The notes under the pieces are model-generated. The model was not told the origin of the DNA, searched no databases, and was given only the letters and a program-made list of their open reading frames with translations. From Schmidtea polychroa (lineage: Eukaryota): a stretch of DNA of 64,000 nt. Positions 15,501 through 30,557 of the stretch are shown piece after piece. The stretch covers positions 52,826,001 to 52,890,000 of the forward strand of contig CM097885.1 of assembly GCA_044892525.1 (NCBI GenBank). Direction: 5' to 3'. The first letter of the stretch is position 1, and each line of letters opens with the position of its first letter. The translations under genes and the position numbers were made by a program.

Positions 15501-16679
15501 TGGCCAAAAATCCCGGTTTACAAATTTTTAGATAACTACAATAGTTAAAATCAGAATTTAAAAATGAGTTAGCATAAACTATAATTTATAAAGAAAATGT
15601 CAATGTCTAGTATAGCGATTCTTAAACCTTTTTCTCCCCTGGTCTAGTACACACTACATACACCGGCGATATTAAACGATATACTTTTTGTTTCTCTTAC
15701 ATATTTGTAGAACCGCATGTAGAAGGGACAAATAGTGTCTATCAACCATCGATCAATTCATCTATAATTTTCTTTCAATAGCAAAGTTCCATCTAACACA
15801 TTCGTGAAATAAGTGCTGTTTGTAACAGACGTTTTTTATCATTTACTACTTTTGTCAACCAAATTCATCCGCAACAATTATATTTTATTATATGTTGGTG
15901 AGTTTTGCTAATATTGGTTGACAAAAATTATTATAATTATTAAAATAAGAAAGCGCCACTCAAACATTCGTTTTACGATATATTTCGATAGTTTTCCTGT
16001 CATCATCAGGTAGTAACTTTTAATTAACTTTTAATAACTTTTAATTAAAAAAGGAAAACGTTATATAAAAACATGTTTCAGTGTAAAAAGTATTTCTTTT
16101 TCAAAATAATACAATATAAACATTTTTAAAAAATTAAAAAATTCATTTAAAAATGCTGGGAAAAGTGAGGGCGGGTTATAGATGATTTTTTTTTAAATTG
16201 TTAAACTATTTCAGTGCAAGTTATATGTGGGTGTGGGTTAGATTCGCTAAAATACGATAATTACAATTATATTTTCTTATGTACAATTTTATATTAAATT
16301 TTAAATATTTTTTCACAGGTGTCACCGAAAATTTAACGTAAAACTCAATAATTAAGTTATATACATTCATATTCCGGTTAATGTTACTCCGAGCTACTTT
16401 TTAACATTTATTTTCCTTAATTATGTAAATTTTTGCCGCTAAAGAATTTGTATAATATTAGTAATTTTTATACCAGGAAATATGATTGCTTTAACCGGTG
16501 TATAACTGTAAAGAAATAATATACAGATCTACTTGAAATAAAAACAATGATTATAGGCGACCGGTATAAATCAAGTGTATTTGCTATAGAAAAGCAAAAA
16601 AAATCATTTTGATGAGAAAAATAAAATTCAACCATGCATAAATAGCACACAACAACATTATAATAAAAAATACTCATAG

Positions 16680-17460
16680 AGTGACAAGAGATTAAGGTTA
16701 TTTTCCTGTGGCAAGAAAACAGAATAAATTGAAACTAAAATATTCTTCGAATTATTGATAGTTTTTCAAAGTTTCCTTGCCTTTTACAACTAAGCGAAAT
16801 AACAGCTGAGAATGTGAATTGAGCAAAATGAGAACAGTGGATAACAAAATTCTAAACCTCATAAAGAACCCTGATCAAAAACCGAAGTTTGAGCCAAGGA
16901 TATTTAAAGAGAACTACGAAAATAGTGAATCCTTCATATTATTCTCAACATATTATTCTCAAAAAAAGAGGATAAAAAGGTAGAATGGATAAAAAGGATC
17001 AAAAGTAAAAGTATGATGGTGGTAACAATGGACGAACGGAAAACAAACACACGGGTCAGAGTTATAACAACGAAAGAGTATGAATTAAGAAATACATAAA
17101 AACATATGTCTATATAATTGAAGTAAAAATATGGAAAATCAAATCACAAAACTTTAAAAAGTTAATAGATAATGTGAGAAATGATATAAAGCGAATTATA
17201 AAAGAATTCGAAATCAGGTTAAAGAAAGTACGGGAAAAAATTTATCATAAAATCAGATGAAACAGAAAAGTAGAGGTAGGTGGTTGGGCCCTTGGTAAAA
17301 TTGAACTAAGTAAAGATTTGAAAGCAAATTATAAAGATCATATGAAATTATAGAGCAAATAAAAAATAATTGAATAATGAAGCTTCAAAGTAAAATGAAC
17401 GGAAAAATAATTCAGCGTAATTATGACTAAAGTTAAATTATTTCGAGTTGACCAGATGGC
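16680..17460 (+). pseudogene. Heavily decayed Gypsy-type integrase remnant
   Basis: Broken frames give ..IIDSFSKF.. (integrase core-like) and ..YEIIEQI..NGKIIQRNY (C-terminal GPY/F-like region). Confidence 0.45.
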
Positions 17461-20239
17461 ATTGCAACTGAAAAGAATAGTTAGTAATGAGTGTAAGAAG
17501 GAAAAATCAAAAGAATACAGCTACAATAAACTAAGAAATAAAAAAATAACAAGTGGGAACAGCAGAATCGACAAGATATCAAATAAGACAAAATAAAAAA
17601 AACAAAAAGCCGACACTTTTCATACACTACGATTATGGATCGGAATAGTGAGAAAAGAAAGCCAAAGAATCTGTTTGGGTTATGTCATATAAACAACAAT
17701 TTTATTTAATTTAGTAAATTTATTATTAGTATTGTACAAAGTTAACAATTTCACATGAAAATATTTTTGGATTTTCTAAATTATGTTATTTGTCATCAAT
17801 TATTTAACGATACAATACAACTTGAAGGTACCGAGAAAATTAGGTATAAAATTTAATAAGTCCAATAATCAGGTAATTGAATTGAATTCCATTTTTATTT
17901 ATTAATTAAACCCATTAAAAACATTCCAATTTACTAAATTATATTAGTTTATAATTAGAACTCCCAAATGACGATATTTTCTATTACATAACTGTCAGAA
18001 AAAAAGAGAAATGATTCTGACTATTGTTAATGTGTATCATCATTTTTTATTTATGTCAATAAATTTACATTAAGTCAAATTTATGATCTCTATTTAGCCA
18101 TATTATAATTTTGTTGAAAAATTAAGTTTTTAAAAATATAAAAACTTTTTACTATTATTGCGGTTATACAAAAGATACTAAATAAAAAAGTAAAATTTCA
18201 CAAATTATCAAAATCAATTAAAATTAATTAAAAATTTGGAAAATGTAAAAATCAATATTTTTCGGGGAGTGATAACCGGTGGCAAATGATATTTTGAAGA
18301 GGAATAAAGTAATATTAAATTGATCAGATGTCTACAGAAGAGTCAGGAGCCCTTATATATTATTTCCATTGGCAATCCACATACGAGAGAGGTTATATCA
18401 TATTCTGTTTCACGGAACACATAATCAATCAGTGAGAAACACTATAAAAGTGGAGAGCAGCCGACGGGGAGCGCCAGTTGATCGAAGAGGGAAAATTATA
18501 ATAACGTAACAAAATTAAATAAAGCGAAGTCAATTAAACTTTGCAGAATTAATTAAAAAAGGCGAATAGAAGCGATTCAGAAGAGAGTGATGAACCATTC
18601 GACATTTACCTACCCATTGCAAAAATAAAAATTTTATTGGGATCTGAGTTCTATTTTTTTAATCACTGAACACGATGAGTGGGATCAATATCTAGTCCCA
18701 TCGACAAACATCATAATATCCCAACACTATCATACTTTTCAATTATCTTTAGTTAATTTTATCTTAATGATTCTTTTAGTATCAATTTCCTACTTTAGGA
18801 TAAAATCATTTGATTTTTCAAATTTATATTTTTTTTTCACTCGAATTTTACAAATTTTTTGACATGTAATTCATAGATTTCGAAAAATATTATTTATTAA
18901 GATTTTGATGATGGTATTTTGAGGATTCAATGTAAAATTATCTCCAAATAAAGTTGTATCTAAAGAGAAACTATTCGCCAGAAAATCAAATAACCAAATT
19001 AAATTTACTGTTAACATATCATTTATCTTTATTTCGACTTTATATTTTTTCTCCTATGTAATAAAATTGATCTATAGTCGTAATAATAATGAATGAAATA
19101 TTAAAAGAAAATTTAAACAGATCAAAAACATTTTGAAAATTTCACTCAATAAACAAATTGGTCATATTTCCCGGGAATTCCATATTTGTTATTTCCATAA
19201 TTCCTGTCTTAACTGACCACAATCAAAATAAATTCTTTTAGATTTCTGTTTTTTATTCTTTTCCGAATTAGAACTATTTTATTAATACTGGTGATGATTT
19301 TCTCTATATTCTTTGAACCCTATAGATACTAGATCCGGATAAATCTGAATATTATTGACATTTGTTTCTACTTTTTAAACAACCCTTCGGCGAAATTTTT
19401 TTTTAATATTTACTGAATGTTTTATGTTCGTTCTACACGTGTTTCAAATTTTCAAATCACAATTATATCTTTAACTTTTTCTTGACGCATAATTGTCACA
19501 TTTCCTGACTTTTATGAAATTTTTCCCGCAACTAAAAGGGTTAAATAAATAATTGATTTTTTTTAACTTTTTTGAACACTCAGTAGTTCAATTTTTTTGT
19601 TCCCTTTGGTGTTACTTATTTATTTAATAATATTTATTTCATATTTTTTATCAGTCCCCAGTATATTTTTTGGTTTATTCATTAATTACATTCTTGTTTT
19701 TTTAATAAACTTAAATACTTAAATAAATCTCGGTTGTTAATGTGAAAATATGTTTCATTCTGTCACCAAAAGTCTAATAAACTTATAATCAAAATATAAT
19801 TGAAAATAGGATATTATATCCATTTCGTCTGAGAAATCTAATTTGCTGCGTGAACGCCCACAAAGGGAAATATTGGTGTTGGAGGAAATAGAAAAAATAG
19901 CTCATTTCTTTTGTTCTCATCAAACTTGTTATCACATTTATTTTCGTTTTCATGGCAATTGGCATAACTTCAGACAAAATCGTCTGTGCTTATTGTGATG
20001 AATTATTATTAGTTCTAAAATAAGTAATCCAATAGTTAATGAAATGTCTACAACTGAACTACAAAATAAATTGATAAATACTCAAAAGATATTCAAACAT
20101 ACAAAGTCAGAAGTAAATATTCAATCCATTAAAAACTGTTAATATCAAATGTGTAATCATAAAATGGGAGTCATTATAAAGTAACTCCATTCTTATCGAA
20201 ACGAAATACTAAAACATGTCAGAAACTCTCTTATACTAA

Positions 20240-21120
20240 ACTATGACTTGAACAGCTTTGTGAAATTCGATTCATATAAAATATAGTAGCTCGTATGCCA
20301 CTTCATTGAGAAAATATCAACAACAACTTCATATATGCTCACTGCAAACTAGGAGGTTTAGTTATAGTACCAAGCATAGATGAATACATGATACAAGGCA
20401 TTACACGCCTCATTAAGATCCTGAACTCACGTGATATAGGGATGAAAGAATTCATAATAAAACAAATGATGGCAGCTGCTAATACCAGATTTAAACTCAC
20501 AACAATAGATATAGATCAAACACGCCGATGAATTAACGCAGACAATAATGGAGGCATGGCAGGACCTAAAACACTCGTCTGCAAAGCACCAAATATAGAC
20601 TATGTAACAAAAACCTGAGACATAAGTCCATATATTCAACCACTGCACAAAAACAACAAATGCAAGAAGAAACAAAAACAACAATGTCCAGGATAAGGTT
20701 ATTGAATACCTCATATCTAAAAGATTCCAAGTAGATGTAGAATTCCCACATCCTGGCATAGACAATAGACTAAGAGCAGACCTTATAATTAAAACAAATA
20801 GAAACAATAAACTACATTAGACATCAATTAGACATCAAAGTACCCTACGACCGCGAAAACTTCCACACAGCCAGGACAGGCAACTACCAAACATATAGGC
20901 CATTAGCGCTGGAAACTGGAAAAGCCAACAGATGCAAAACTACTTTGGCTGCGCTGGTCGTCGGAACTCTTGGCTCATGAGACAAAGAAAATGACACAAT
21001 ATTAGTTAAGATAAAACTAAATAGCAAATAAAACATTATCTAAAATATGCAAGAAAACAGCTATTGCTTCCAGTTTTGCAATATATATGGACCACATAAC
21101 AAACATAAAAAAAGCATTAT
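20240..21120 (+). pseudogene. 3' remnant of an RLE-class non-LTR retrotransposon (R2/NeSL/R5-like)
   Basis: KPET*VHIFNHC (CCHC knuckle remnant), LRADLII...LDIKVPYD (PD..D restriction-like endonuclease), LVVGTLGS*DKEND; several stops. Confidence 0.8.
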
Positions 21121-21759
21121 AAATACACAATAAGACTACCAACACAAAAATCTAGATACACACATAAATGATGCTAGTAGCATTAAATGCTTACTATAAC
21201 ACATGTACCTCGTATAAAATCTAAACCAATATCAACAACAACGGGATGAAGGAAGAAGAGCGCAGATATTATTTTTATTATTATTTTATTATTATTATTA
21301 TTATAACGGAACTACTCATTACCGTGTTGACGATTTAGGGATAGATTATATTGGGGCGAAATAACCAATAATTACTAAAATTGTATCTAGTGGCATGATG
21401 AACTTATTAGTGCAAATACCTTAACGGACTATGGACGAGAAACTGTCTTTTAAGGTAAAAATCTCATTACAAAAATAAAAATGATGTCAGTGGCAAAGTA
21501 ATGCCTACTAACATATAACTCACATTAAACGATTTGATAACTCGCCAATATATGATATATCCGTGAAGCACTGCATAATAGTGCTCAAAACTAAGGCCTA
21601 TAAAGATTGTGATGTCTGTTGATCCCTCAGCGGAACACAGAAGGAAAATAATAAGATTAAAAAATAAAACTGATACGCTACGTCCGCTTAGAGGTTGAAG
21701 GTTATCCTCGAGAATCTGAACTTCTCATCGAAGCGGTAGGTAAAATCAAGCTTTGATGA

Positions 21760-24060
21760 TAAGCTCAACGAAATAGCAGACCAAATAGATGAAATCTTAA
21801 AAAGTGAGGACCCATATAACAAACTATGTCACATACTAATATAAAAAAATAAAAGAAACAAAAGAAAAATGCTTGAGACCTGTCTAAACAACACCCAATT
21901 GGAGGACACCCAATCTTCCGATTTCCTCAGACAATTAAAATACAAGTTGAAACAATTTTAACTAAATATACCAGTTCAGGATCAAATGAGTTGGTTAAAG
22001 AACTTTTCATGCACGCTATGTCACATGAAATACAACTAATTCTAGCCACAAATTACAAAGCAAATATTAAAACATTAGTAGACATAGCTGAACAAATCAT
22101 CGAAGAAATTAACAATACAATTTATAGAACCCAAAAACACTACAAAAGCCAATTATACCATAACGACCAACCAGTAAACAATAAGAACAAAAATCTTGAA
22201 ACAAACGAAATCACAAATAGTATTATGAACACGCTGATCAGCAAACTCGATGAAGTAATAGTCTAAAACAAACAAATTAAATTTGAACTCGTAGAAATAA
22301 AAAAAAATGCCGATGACAAAACTACAACCATTTACCTAACCACTACAAGAGAAATCGATCTGATTCACGAAACCTAAAAAAATGGCCTCTACAACAACAC
22401 GGACAAAAATAAGGAAGAGATCTACTACTTCCACCAAAAATTAGGAAATAACAAATGCAAAAGCTCATGCAACTACAAAATGCATGAAAACTGATAAAGT
22501 CGCCACTAATCGCACCGACATTTGACGACAAAAACAAATCTTTCACGGTGCACTCACAAAACAAGTTCAGTCATTTCAGTATTACTCTACAAGATGTTCA
22601 AATATCTCAAAACAACTAGTAACAAAATTAGCTCAGCCAATGTTACCAACTTAAATACATTCGGAGAACATAGTACAACAATAACTATCAACAACAAATA
22701 GTACAGCTAGTCATTCATTATAGCCGAAGTACAACCAATAATCGGTGCCAATTTCTTATGACACTAAAATTTACTAGTAGACTGCAGAAATAAAGGCATA
22801 GTTCAAAACCCCATCACAAAAAAGAAAAAACAAAACAACCTAATGTACACAGATTGATATTGGAGTGACCCAAACAAACCCAATAAATAAAAACAAAACA
22901 ACTAATCACGGTCCTGAAATAACATCTCTACTAAAGAAATTCAACAAATTAATCGAACCGGTAAAATTCGATTAGAATTCAGACAACCCAACCGAACACA
23001 CAATCATAACAATTGGCAATCCAGACACTCGAAAGTTAGACAACTTGACCCACAAAAAACAAAGATTACAAAAGAAATCTTCAAAGAACTACTCGACAAC
23101 AAAATAGTAACCCATTCAAACTCAGAATGGTCATCCGCGCTTATGCTAACAAAAAGCAAATGGGGAATGGAGAGGTTGTGGCAACTACAGAATGTTAAAC
23201 AAGATCACAGAACCAGGCAACTACCCTGCCAATAATAAGAGACATAATCAACAGATTAAAAGGAGCAAAGTTCTTCTCAAAAAATGATCTCCAAAAGGCC
23301 TACCATCAAATCTCAATTATAAAAAAATACATAAAACAGCAATTGTATTACCAATTGTCATGTTCGAATACAACAAATGGTATTTGGTTTGCGGAATGCA
23401 GTGACAACATTTTAGCGTTTCATGGACCAAACCCTGAAAAATAATCAAAGCACAATCGCATATCTGGACGACATTTTGATAGCAAGTCCTAACAAAGAAA
23501 CACATCTAAGTGACATAGAGAAGCTTTTTCAAAATCTAAACGCCGCCAATCTAAAAATCAACATTCAAAAATACTAATTTTTTAAAAAAGAAATTGATTT
23601 CCTATATACTTTCTTACATACTTTCCTACATACTTTAAATGAAAAAGGCACTAAACCAATAGAAAATAAAATAAATACAATCCAACAGTTCAAACCACCA
23701 AATACGAACAGAGAACTAAGAAGATTTATGGGAATGGTAAACTTTTATCATGCATACATACCAACTGCACCTTTAAACGAATAATTAAAAAAAAGAAATA
23801 TGAAAGTCAACTGGACAGAAAAACCGATCAGAAATTTCAAAAAAATTAAAGAAAGCTTATCTCGAGTGATACTGCTAGGATTACATTACAATTTAGCAAG
23901 ACTGTTCGGGGTTCGCAATGGGAGCGACATTATACCAAAAAAAACGAATACAATAAACAACCGATCAATTTTTTCTCAAGAAAACTGAAAACATATCAAA
24001 CCAAGAATTAAACTTTCGACAGGGAACTCCTTGCAATACATGATGCCATAAAACAATTTA
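21760..24060 (+). pseudogene. Decayed Ty3/Gypsy gag-pol
   Basis: Gag-like ORF 21991-22266; protease IAEVQPIIGANFL; RT motifs SNSEWSSAL, GNYRMLNKIT, DLQKAYHQI, AYLDDILIAS, RRFMGMVNFY; RNase H FDRELLAI; many frameshifts. Confidence 0.85.
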
Positions 24061-24630
24061 TCTGTACAATGCTCCAGTGGTAAATCTGTGTTTTATGAGT
24101 GCTTGAAAATATACGAAGACTACAAATTTTTAATTCTAAAGAATGACGGATCAATTGCCTAACTGAATCAAATTGGAATCAATGTGTGGAATTAATAAAG
24201 CCAAATTAAGTGAACTGAAAATAGCATTTGCTGCTGCACAATTAATATCCAAATTTTAAAGACATTCATTCTTGATGCTGACGCAGGTTTTGACACAATA
24301 TAAGTATTATCACAAAAAGATGCAAACTAAAAAGAAAGAGTATCTCATAAATGAGAAGTCAAGAAATCGGGTGTTGTACTACGATTTAAAAATTATTAGC
24401 AATATCTTTTCACTCAACATTTCAAATATTTGCGGAACCGTTTATTTTTAGAAAAGACAATAAATCAATAACATTTATGATAATAAAACAATCCATTCAC
24501 TACTCAATTTCAAACATGGATTAATTTTCAAGTGGTTTAAAAATATAGAAAAGGATTTGATAATGGAAATGCAGATTCAATCACAAGTGATAAATGCAAG
24601 AGATGTTCTGTGTTTAATCAACCATGTAAA
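24060..24630 (+). pseudogene. Second Gypsy RT/RNase H fragment, related to the family at 54475-54963
   Basis: FILDADAGFDTI resembles FILDTDASFDTI in ORF 54475..54963. Confidence 0.55.
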
Positions 24631-26678
24631 AACAACTACTGGTATCTGATAATCGAAATTATTTATTAATTCAGTTAATTATTAACATTTTGACGATGGT
24701 AATATCCTGGTCACTGTACACCTTTTTGCCAATATTTTCAAATCTTTTATTTTAAAATTCTAATGAAATTTCTTTGCCTTTGATACAAATTTATTTTAAT
24801 TATTATGAGTAAATCAGGTTTCAATATTAATAGAGTTACTGGCTATTTCTACTTTTCTTGTATTAAGGTCTTGTATAAACAATTAAGAAATTTAGAATAA
24901 CGCAATAATAAAATTTTTATTTAATGTTCAATTTTTTAAAACTTTATTTAGTTTTAAATTTGATCTCACAAACATTTCTGTTATTATATACTTTCATATA
25001 TACTGTTTTTCTCCTCTAACTTTCTGCTTCACACCAGAGCTCTAGAACAATTAATATTTATTCTTTAATAAACAGTGACGCCGCAACAGTTTCCATAAAT
25101 TTTCGGATGTTTATTTTATTTAATAATTATTGATTTTCTAATTAAATTGGTTAGTTTATGAATGGGAAAATTTTATTAATCTGTTTCTTTGAATTTATTT
25201 TAAATTAGTTTATATATTTAATATCAGGTATTAAGATTAAAATTCTTTTTTACTTATATCATATGGATTTTAAATACTGTTGAATTTCTAAAGAATTTCA
25301 ACAAATAATACTTTTTCACCAACAAATACACCAAATTCAAAATTCTAATAATAATTACACAAATTGATCTAAAGAGATGCTTGGGTCAGTTTACCAGTGA
25401 TAAAATTTCCTTGAAACAAAATGGATGTTTAGAATATTTATTATAGTCATTTGAAATGAAAATAATAGTGGTATACATCGTGTAAAAATATTTGGTCGAT
25501 CGCAATAATATATTTATAATTCAGATATTTAATTCCTTACAAAATTTAAAAATGTGATTTAAACTTTTTATTTTAATTATAAATTTACCTTTACACAGCT
25601 AAGTAAAAATTTTTATTACCTCAAAAATTAAAATTCTGTTCATTGTTTAAGTGAGCTAAGAAATTCTTATTACCTTGCATAGAATCTTAAATTTTAATAT
25701 TTTTAAAAATTATATTTACCAATGAAATTTTTAAAGAGGTAAATACAACATTTCGTCCTGTAATTTATTTAAATATAAATATAAAGTGATTTAGTCATTT
25801 ATTCCATTCACATTGAGCGAAAATTTAAAGTTCAACATTATTTTAAATTTTAAAACCATGAATAATGCAAAAAAGATAAAATCTTGACACTACTATAAAG
25901 AATGGGAGCACTATTATTTCTTTTTTATAATAAAAAAAATGTTTAATTTGTAATAAGTGCTTTGTTACCAAAGAAAGAAAGTTTGGAACGAGATTTCAGA
26001 AGAGCCCATAGTAATTATGAAATTAATTATTCACAAAAAAGTGACTTATGAAATTCTTAATTTAAAGAACTTAAGTGATTATCAGCACAACAATTAATTT
26101 TTACTAAAGAAAATTTAAAATCAAAGTCAGCTACAGTTGCTTTTTACGATTATGCCATGTTCTTGCTAAAACACATTTTTAGAGACGCCTGACTCTTCAT
26201 TTTGTAATTTTAAAAGTAAGTCAGAAATATTTGCTGCCGTCAATGGCTTGCAGTTATTACATAATATATTTGCAAAGCGATTGCGTTAAATAAGTTCAAA
26301 TTTAAGAGCAACTCATTCAGGATATTACGGATTGTCAAGCTGTTTCACTCCCGTTAGATGAATCTGCTGGTGATGTTGACATATCGCAAATGATTGTTTT
26401 TATTAGAACGGTTTTTAAAGACTTATTGACGAAGAAATACTAACAATCACTTCAATAAAATAGAAAAACACGAAGTGCAGATCTATTTACAAGTTTTAAA
26501 AACTTCAATAAGATTGCTCAATTGCCTCTATATAAAACTGTTTCAATTACTACAGATGAAGCACCAGCTATGACAGATTGTCGAAATGGTTTCATCGCAT
26601 GATGTAGACATTATGAAGCTTTTCCAATTTTTAACAATATCACTGTATCATATTCCAACTGGTGCTCTGTTTTAAATA

Positions 26679-28783
26679 CGCTTCAATTTAAATGCACACT
26701 ATTTTAATATTTTGCACACTATAAAATGCAAACTATAATTAATAAATGCAAACTAACTGACTAAACTTAGCTAACTATAATTAATATAACTATAATTAAC
26801 TATAATTAATATTTGCTAACTATAATCAATATTTAGTTTAAATTTAACCGGATTCATAATTGAACCTTTGCCATTGAAAGAGCAATAATGCAAGCAAAAA
26901 CAATTCAGAAATTGACTATCTTCCAGAATACTGTTCTTCTGAAAGTGAGAATGAAGAACTTGTTTCAAACCTCAAAACACGAAAGAAAAAAATTGACAAA
27001 GATTGGAAGCGAGAAAAGTGTTAAAAGTGAAAACTTGTGGGCTTGTTTTCGCACTAACAAGACTGAAGAAAGAAAAAAAGGTACTTTCATTGTAAAAAAG
27101 TTAAATTTCGAGGTGAACAATGTTCAGATTCCATTCAGTTGTGTTATCAGTCAAACAGTGGTGATGTTATTCTATTCAGATCAGGACTAGGCCATGACTG
27201 CGACAACATTAAAACCAGAACAACAATGACAGAGCCTATGAAAACTGAAATCAATAAATTGTTTGATTTGAAACTGAAGCCAAAAGCTATCTTGGAGCAC
27301 CTATCAAAACAAAATCTACCACTGCCAAGTAAAAATCAACTGAATAATTATTTGGCATCCTTGAGAAAAACCAAATATGGTCCTAATATCATTAGCCTCG
27401 GAGAACTACATCAGTGGCTGCAAGATCATTCAATTGTTTCAGACGACATCAACGAAGCATTCATAGTTAATTATGAAATTTCTTATGAGGACCCAGAATA
27501 CTTTCGGTACTTCATTTCATCCATAACAATGTTGAAAATGGCTTTGAATGCTGACCATGTTCATGCAGATGCAACATACAAACTTTTATGGCAAGGCTTC
27601 CCTGTTCTTGTGGTTGGTACAAAAGATCGAAATCGGCAGTTCCATTGTTTTGGCATTGGAGTTTGCACAGATGAAAATACTGAGGACTTCCAATTCATGT
27701 TTAACACACTGAAGACAGAAATTGCCAAACTGTTCAACACTCCATATCATCCAAATATATTAATTTCTGATGCAGCAAAAAGCATCCAAAACTCTTTCAG
27801 AATTGTGTTTGGCGAAGAATCATTGGTGATTATGTGCTGGGCTCACATGAAGAAAAACTTTCTGAAAAAACTGGAATCATTGATTCCAAAAGAAGACAGA
27901 CAAGAAATTTTGACTGACATTGATTCATTGCAACTCAGTCAATCATCAGAAGTTTTTGAAAAGCATGAAAAAGTGGAAGGTACACAAAGAATTTACCAAA
28001 TACTTCTCTGCTGAATGGCTTAATTCAAATAAGAATTGGTTTGAAGGTGCCAACAAACTTACACCAAGCACAAACAATGCTCTCGAAGCATTCAACTGGT
28101 TATGAAAGATGATTATTCTTTGAGAGAAAGAGTTTCATTATCACGATTTACTGTTGGGCTGATTGAATGGATTGAAAAATGGTCCCAAAATTATGAATCT
28201 AGAATTAAGGAATTCAAAGCTTTTTCAGAAATTGACTTTGAACTCTTACTAGTGGGCAAAGACGAAAAAAACCATAAAGCCAAAATCAACTGAGAGTGGA
28301 GTTGTGTACAACATTGCTGCAAAAGAATTGACTGAAAGCTCTAATGAAATTAACAACTGGGAGACTTTCGACGAGTTTAAAATCAATGCTTTTTCTTCTT
28401 GGAGCACAATTTTACCAAAAGATCAAAATGACTGGCTGAGCGGAGAATGCAACTGCCCTGCATTCTTCAAAAAAATGTTTTGCAAACACATTGTTGGTTT
28501 AGCTATTCGACTGAAGCTGGCAGTCCCACCACCTGCAGCGAAAAACATCCCAATTGGAATCAAAAGAAAACGAGGTCGCCCAGCCAAAGCAAAAAAAGCA
28601 TTATTGGTGCAATAGATTTTGAGGGATTTTAAGCATTTCAATCTCATTAATTAAAATTATAGTGTGTAAAAATTTTTTTTATAGTGTGCAAAATATAGTG
28701 TGCAAAAAATTTTTTATAGTGTGCATCTATTATTTTTACAGAGTGCAAAATTGAATTATTTAGTTTGCATTTAATTATGAGCC
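26679..28783 (+). mobile_element. Mutator-like element (MULE)
   Basis: Imperfect TIRs (cgcttcaatttaaatgcacacta vs ggctcataattaaatgcaaacta, 17/23); 8-bp direct repeat TTTAAATA at 26671-26678 and 28784-28791; subterminal tgcacactat repeats. Confidence 0.8.
26888..28615 (+). pseudogene. MULE transposase with SWIM finger and AT-hook, frameshifted
   Basis: HADATYKLLWQGFP, LISDAAKSI, MCWAHM, TPSTNNALEAFN (DDE triad plus CxxH), CNCPAFFKKMFCKH (SWIM), KRKRGRP; split over 5 ORFs. Confidence 0.92.
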
Positions 28784-29148
28784 TTTAAATATTCAAAAAT
28801 TTTGAATTTGGCTTTCAAGATTTCTAATTCGATTCGAGCAAAAAGTATCCAGGCGTCTTTTTAAGTTACAAGTGGAATAAACTAATTATTTTGAACAACT
28901 TATGCATACTGATGTTAGATCAGCGATTCTCAACCGCCGGGTCGTGGAAGATTTTGTGCGGGTCCTGAGAAAATTTGAAAAAAATTTTATTTAATGCTAA
29001 TTTTTTACAATTAATCAAAATATATAATTTAAAAATTGCTAAAAATTAATCAAGTTTTTAATAATCCTAAACTTTTTCCAATCATAAAATGAAACGTAAA
29101 GAAAGACAAGCAACATTAAACAATTTTGTTATAAAGGTTAACAATAAC

Positions 29149-29689
29149 AGTAGGGTATTGTGTGGACCCGGGAACAAAGACATATGACGTCATACCCCCA
29201 CCCCCGGGGGAGGGGGGGCTTTTTTTTAAATTTTTTTTTAAAATTTTTTTAAAATTTTTTTTTAAAAATTTTTTTTAAAAATTTATATTACGTTGCGGTA
29301 TTTTAAAATTTATATTACGTTGCGGTATTTTAAAATTTATATTACGTTGCGGTATTTTAAAATTTATTATATTTTAATTATTAAATATATTACGTTGCGG
29401 TATTTTAAAAACTTATTGATAAAAGTTTAATAAAATAAAATTATTATTACACACACACAATATAGTCTACCCGACAAAATATTCTGTTCCCCTATGGTCA
29501 CACACACAATGTATAAAAATATTATTTACACACACGCAACAAGTTAGTGTTCTCATTGATATATTATTAATCTATATACTCCGAGTCTATCCGACAAAAT
29601 ATTCTGTCCCCCTATGGGTACTGCTCACAAGGGTACTGGTCACGCTCAACAACTCGCAAGGGTATTAATAAACAATGTAATAAAACATA

Positions 29690-29779
<90 letters not shown>

Positions 29780-29874
29780 ATTTCTATCACAAATCATGGT
29801 TAACAAAAAACATAGTCGAATATTATAAAATTAAGGTATTGTGTTAGCACACACTCGTTATAATAATTAGCAAT
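29149..29874 (+). repeat. Polinton left terminal inverted repeat
   Basis: Reverse complement of 44060-44958 apart from internal repeat copy number. Confidence 0.93.
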
Positions 29875-29984
29875 ATAGTTTTTATGGTGTATCAAATCAA
29901 AACCTTTCTTTTACATTTATAGTCCAATCAAAATCATATGGTATTAGTATAAATAAAAACATTATATTTTAAATTATTTTAGAA

Positions 29985-30513
29985 ATGTCGCAACCAAATT
30001 TTATGGAAAATGTTCTAAACGGAATTGTCACCGCGAATATAGTCGACAGCCTCAATTTCCTGATCAATCGAACCGAACAAATCATTGAAGGTGAACATAT
30101 CGATTATCAGCAGATGATGGAGATGGAATCCCTGGAAACCAAGAAGTATTACTTCAATAGAATATTTCAGTGTCTTTTCGATGAAGACATGAAATGGACA
30201 AGGATAATTGTAGGATTCACCTACATGAAGATAATCATTGCAAAAGGTCAACATGATTCAGAACATTATTATCATTGGTCTTTAGAAGTAAGATTTCTTT
30301 TATAATCTATGTTTTAATAATATTCATTTCTAGATAATCAAGTCCAAGTTTACCCCATGGATAGAAGCCAATGGCGGATGGGGTGTATTAAATAAACTGG
30401 CCTACAATTTTAAAGAAACTGATGAAATCAAAAGAAAAATGAAAAACTATATAAAACTTACAACTGGAGTTGTTATAATGTATATTTTCTGTAGATATAT
30501 GAATAAAAATTAA
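29985..30513 (+). CDS. Polinton-borne Bcl-2-family protein, 160 aa (exons 29985-30287, 30334-30513)
   Basis: BH1-like FNRIFQCLFDEDMKWTRIIVGFTY; after a 46-bp phase-0 intron (gtaaga..ttctag), BH2 TPWIEANGGW and a C-terminal hydrophobic tail LTTGVVIMYIFC followed by RYMNKN. Confidence 0.85.
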
Positions 30514-30557
30514 TGTTATTGTTTTTAATAGTATATTTAAATGAAAATAATTCAATT

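Noticed and set aside
29612..29847. Near-identical ORF pairs at 29612-29847 and 44087-44325
   Set aside because: They are the two TIR copies read through (ATT)n tracts.
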